64,000 nt of DNA from Chrysomallon squamiferum (taxonomy: Eukaryota > Animalia > Mollusca), in the NCBI GenBank assembly GCA_012295275.1, contig CM022665.1:18910001-18974000 (forward strand). Reading direction: 5' to 3'. The notes under the pieces are model-generated. The model had not been told where the DNA came from. It worked only from the letters and a program-made list of their open reading frames with translations, and did not search any database. Shown here piece after piece: positions 59,760-64,000 of the stretch (its first letter is position 1; each line of letters begins with the position of its first letter). The translations under genes and the position numbers were made by a program.

Positions 59760-61363
59760 ACTTGCTTAGTAATGCATCTTACCTGAAGAAGTCGCTTTTG
59801 TAATGACATACAAGGAAAAACCTACTGTCTTAAATACAATATTTTTGAAAGGTTTAGGCAATATACAGATTTCTGTCATCTTCTGTCATACTAAAAGCTA
59901 ACTCTGATAATCTGATTAGGGTAAGAAACGTACGCCAGTTCGATTTATGTAAAGGTCAAGAACGTTCAGTGTGCTAGAAGTGTTTGGCTTGAATATCTAA
60001 AAAAAAAAAAAAAAAAAAATGAATTTCTTGGAATAAAACAAACAAATATTTGCGACAAAGTGACAGGAAGACCGGGGTCGAAGTGTATACCAAGGGATAA
60101 GAAAAGAGAAACATTCAGAGAGGGAAAGGGTGGTGGAAGGAGATAGAAAGAAAAAGTAACAGAGATATTGAAAATAAGAGAGACAGAAGAGAAATAAAAT
60201 GAAACCAGATGGTATGGATAAGTAAGAGAAAGTTAGAATGGATTGAGAGAAAAAAAAGTGAAAAAGAGATGTAAAAAAAAAAAAATAGAAGAAAAATAAG
60301 AGGAAAAAGAGAGACCAAGTGAAAAAGTCACAAAGAAGAAACGTTTTTTTTTTTTTTTTTTTTTTTTTAAAACCCATATAAACCGATATAGAGGACGGCA
60401 CAATCAACAAATATTTAACTAAATTAAACTAAATTAATAGATACGAATTAATAAAGCTGGTAGTACTGAGTTAGAATTTTATCAGTAATACTCTTACTAT
60501 TTCCACAAATTAACATTTTAGACTAGAAATTTTAACCGTTTTTTTCTAATTTCACAATAAGATGACGAAATGCTCATATCAAAATATACACAAGTGTTCG
60601 GGTATTAATATATCTATGTGTATATATGTTTGCAGATATGTATGTGTGTATCATATTTATTTATTTATTTATTTATTATTTTTATGTATGTGAATGTGTG
60701 TATAAATATATGATACATGAATGCGTAAAACGTGTATAACCGATGCGGGCACAATACAAGACACTTTCATCTGTACTGCGCTGCCTACAGGATTGCTACT
60801 CTCCTAGGCTGGCTTGAAAGAACGAAGCTTGTTCGCAAATACTGCGTTCCAGTAATCTTATACTGGCTTTATAAGACGTTTGAAATCATTATAAGTTACA
60901 CTAACATTAGCGTGTGGCAAATCAACAGATTTGTAGTTAAAACAAATAATGTCCTTATTGATAAAAACACAGACTTCACATATATGTTACCAAACACCGG
61001 ATCATGTGCAGGATGTTTTTGTACTGACTCTAAGTTGGTAGCATTTTTACACATCTAGGACCCAGCCTGGATTCGTTGCATCAACATACAAGCTCTCTTC
61101 AGATGAAGTCTTAAATGCTACAAGACAAAGTCTAAGACACTGGTTGTGTATATGATCTAGCATCTGTAAGTAAGACTTTCGAACTGACCTGTACACAATG
61201 CATTCATACAATCCATTTTAGATCTGATCAAACACCTCTAAAGTCGGAGTATGAAATTTTGGTAAATGTATTTAATATCACGGATTTTCCGTCAGATGAC
61301 AAAAAAAAATCGAAACTTCTGTGTGGACCCTTTTCACCGAGTCCCATTCAAAGATGATCGATA

Positions 61364-61431
<68 letters not shown>

Positions 61432-61868
61432 CATCTAACCATGCCCTCACTCGCTGCGGATAACCACCAGTCAGCCATGTCAGAGATACATGTTTGATAT
61501 ATTCAGACAATATATATGGAATCACCCAACTGACCTTAGCCAGCACTCCGAGAGCAGCAGACACAAATTAATAACACAGTGTTTGTTCTTAACAATAAAC
61601 AAAACAATGGTCGTTTGCTCTTGAGCTTGGCATGTCCAGGTCGGGCCGAACTTGACCTCCGATATAAATGAACTCTACGCCAAAGTGGTGTACTGCAATG
61701 TACTCGGTTGCAGAAATAAACTAGGACTCAGTTACAAGGATTCCTTCATCTGCTTCTCGGGTCACATCTTACGGCAAACAAGGCGCCTTGGATAATTTGT
61801 TCAGTTACTAGCCATTTTAAGAATGTTCATCACTGCCTCCTCGCGGAGTGCATGTGTGTGTATGTGTT

Positions 61869-61916
<48 letters not shown>

Positions 61917-63740
61917 ATTGTGTGAATGTGTCTGGATATTGTTCGTGCTACAGTAATTATTTTGCCTAATTCAGATGTGTAGATTTTTTTTTTTTTTTTT
62001 TAAATTATTGTCTGTATGCTTCTCGTCCATAATTTAAAGTTCCAAAATTTAGTTGCGACGCTAGCAAAGTAATTAATTAAAAAAAAAAAAAGAAAAAAAA
62101 AAGAAAATATCCTAATTCTGTATTTTACTTGCTTCTCTAACTGTAGATCACTGCGACTCTGGTCAGTTGTAAGTTCAACAAACTGATCTTGTCATATTAA
62201 AGCAATACAGTCACAATCAGTCAAATGTGTCCTTCACTTTCAACAATAAAACAAATATAAGATTAAAAATGTATTCATATTTATTAGAACTACAGTGAAT
62301 TCTATTAAATGATGTACTGATTTTTTAAATTATTTTTCTTGTTGATCATTCGAAAAGTTACGCAATTTTTTTTATGCCGTTTTTTTTTTTTTTTTTTTTT
62401 TTTTCTTTTGCACATTGCGTTGTTGTTCAAGTTTATCATTGTAAAACAATTATTCGGATTATTCAATTATTCAGATAAAGATAATAACCTCAGAAATGTA
62501 TAACAGGAATACACAGTTGTCTCTTTTTCTATAACGTAGTTACATTAAGCACCTTTTCGGTGCACATTGCTATTTATTTATTTAGTTATTTGACTATTTA
62601 CTTATCTAGTTGTTTATTTTATTCTTTCATTTATTCGTATTTTCATTCTTTCTTTCTTTCATTTATTCATAAGGCTCTGGGATTCATTTTGGATTTGTGT
62701 CCTTATTCAACCTTGTTTTTCTTACAGCAAACAAACTATACCTGCGTATAGATACATACATACATACATATATAAAATATTTAGAAATAGGGCAAGTAAG
62801 CTGTCCTTTGGGATAATTTCTTTTGCAACTAGTGCACTACCACCCGTTAATAAAAGATATACCGTAAAAGTTCAGAAAATATATTATTCATTATCTGGTA
62901 CACAAGCTGCTTATAATTGCTTTACAAATATCGTTATTTAATTATTTATTTAACTATTTATTTATGTATCTATTTATTTAAATTATTATTAAATATGTTT
63001 AGGTATAGTTATGCAAATTGCTATTCATAGGTTTTCTAATTCAGATACACAGTTTGTTGAAATGTTTTCTCACTTTTAACTGTATAGCATTTGTCTATCT
63101 GCTTAGAAATCTATTTGTTAAAAATAAACCTTCTTTGTGACTTTTTCACCTCATCTCTTTTTTTCTTCTTTCTTTTTACATGTGTTTTCTTTTTCTCCCA
63201 TTCCCATATCTTTCTCTCTCTCTCGTTCTCTCTTCCAAGTTTTCCCTCAGTTTCTTTTCTCTCTCTCTCTCCCAAGTTTTCCCTCTCTTACTGTTTCTTT
63301 CTATCTCTCCCAAATTTTCCCTCTCTTACTGTTTCTTTCTCTCTCTCTCCCAAGTTTCCACCCTCTGACTGATTCTACCTTTTTCTCTGTTTTCTACTTC
63401 GCATGCCATTCCATCCGCTTACTTTCCTGTCACTTTGTCGCAAATATTTGTGTGTTTAATTCCAAGATTTTCAACTTTTTTAGATATTCAAGCCAAACCC
63501 TTCTAGCACACTGAACGTTCTTGACCTTTACATAAATCGAACTCGCGTACGTTCCTTACCCTAATCAGATTATCAGAGTTAGCTTTCAGTCTGACAGAAG
63601 ATGACGAACAACTGTTGTTAAAATTTGACAGATTTAGAAATCAGTCAATTGGCTGAACGTTTCGAAACTTTTGTATTTAAGACAGCAGATTTTGCTTGTA
63701 TGTCATTACAATACCGACGTCTTGAGGTAAGTTACATTAC
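59760..63740. repeat. Diverged inverted repeat pair (~59760-60340 and ~63100-63740)
   Basis: CTAACTCTGATAATCTGATTAGGGTAAG...GATTTATGTAAAGGTCAAGAACGTTCAGTGTGCTAGAAG and AAATATTTGCGACAAAGTGACAGGAA appear reverse-complemented at 63420-63600. Confidence 0.85.
60730..61242 (-). mobile_element. Degenerate LINE ORF2 fragment (I/Nimb-like), internally deleted
   Basis: Minus-strand hand translation gives LIRSKMD...IVYRSVRKSYLQMLDHIHNQCLRLCLVAFKTSSEESLYVDA (RT thumb region) and ...YNDFK...ANKLRSFKP...RIGYT (post-RNase H region), with stops and frameshifts. Confidence 0.8.
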
Positions 63741-64000
63741 TATAAAGATTATATATTTTATATTTTATTTTGTACTTATTTCCAGCATATTTCTGAAAGT
63801 TTGATTGGATTTTGTTTTTTAAATAGTAACATACGAAAATGTGAACAATATATTTTATTAAATTTCAGGATTAAAGCAAAAAAAATACCCAAAAACAAAT
63901 TATTCTCAGCTTAAATTTATATGTAATGAACAAATATTAAGACAAAGACACATGCAAAGATGGATGTACATATTCATTCATTCATTATATATATATATAT

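Noticed and set aside
59997-60410. Hydrophobic Phe/Leu/Ser-rich ORFs (also 63091-63514) as membrane proteins
   Set aside because: They come from pyrimidine-rich low-complexity tracts within the inverted repeat.
60732-61058. 108-aa plus-strand ORF
   Set aside because: It is the antisense of a degenerate LINE ORF2 fragment.

Overview
This is AT-rich, microsatellite-dense eukaryotic genomic DNA from an invertebrate (mollusc-like repeat content; the taxon is inference). It is not prokaryotic, so most ORF-track entries are noise and the real genes are spliced. The window is a recently expanded cluster of two paralogous families of small, secreted, very basic Kunitz/BPTI inhibitor genes. Family A (+ strand, ~9.7/9.6/8.3 kb tandem units over 1-28569; three complete genes plus the tail of a fourth) reads: signal peptide, 4-Cys antistasin-like motif, follistatin-N (FOLN)-like motif, Kunitz K1 (P1 Arg), then a second phase-compatible Kunitz exon K2 (P1 Arg) downstream; three of the units also carry an orphan degenerate Kunitz exon K3. 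Family B has five copies (two on +, three on -, tail-to-tail, forming a ~30 kb imperfect palindrome) and reads: signal peptide, 26-nt microexon, FOLN-like motif, Kunitz (P1 Phe), Pro/Ser tail; 136 aa. The two families share exon phases, a non-coding first exon and an 11-nt TATA context. Transposon remnants (Tigger/pogo, mariner, LINEs, a SINE-like insert with TSD) mark the duplication history. Two spots look like consensus/assembly artefacts. No rRNA, tRNA or CRISPR array was seen. All gene models were spliced by hand and have no transcript support.
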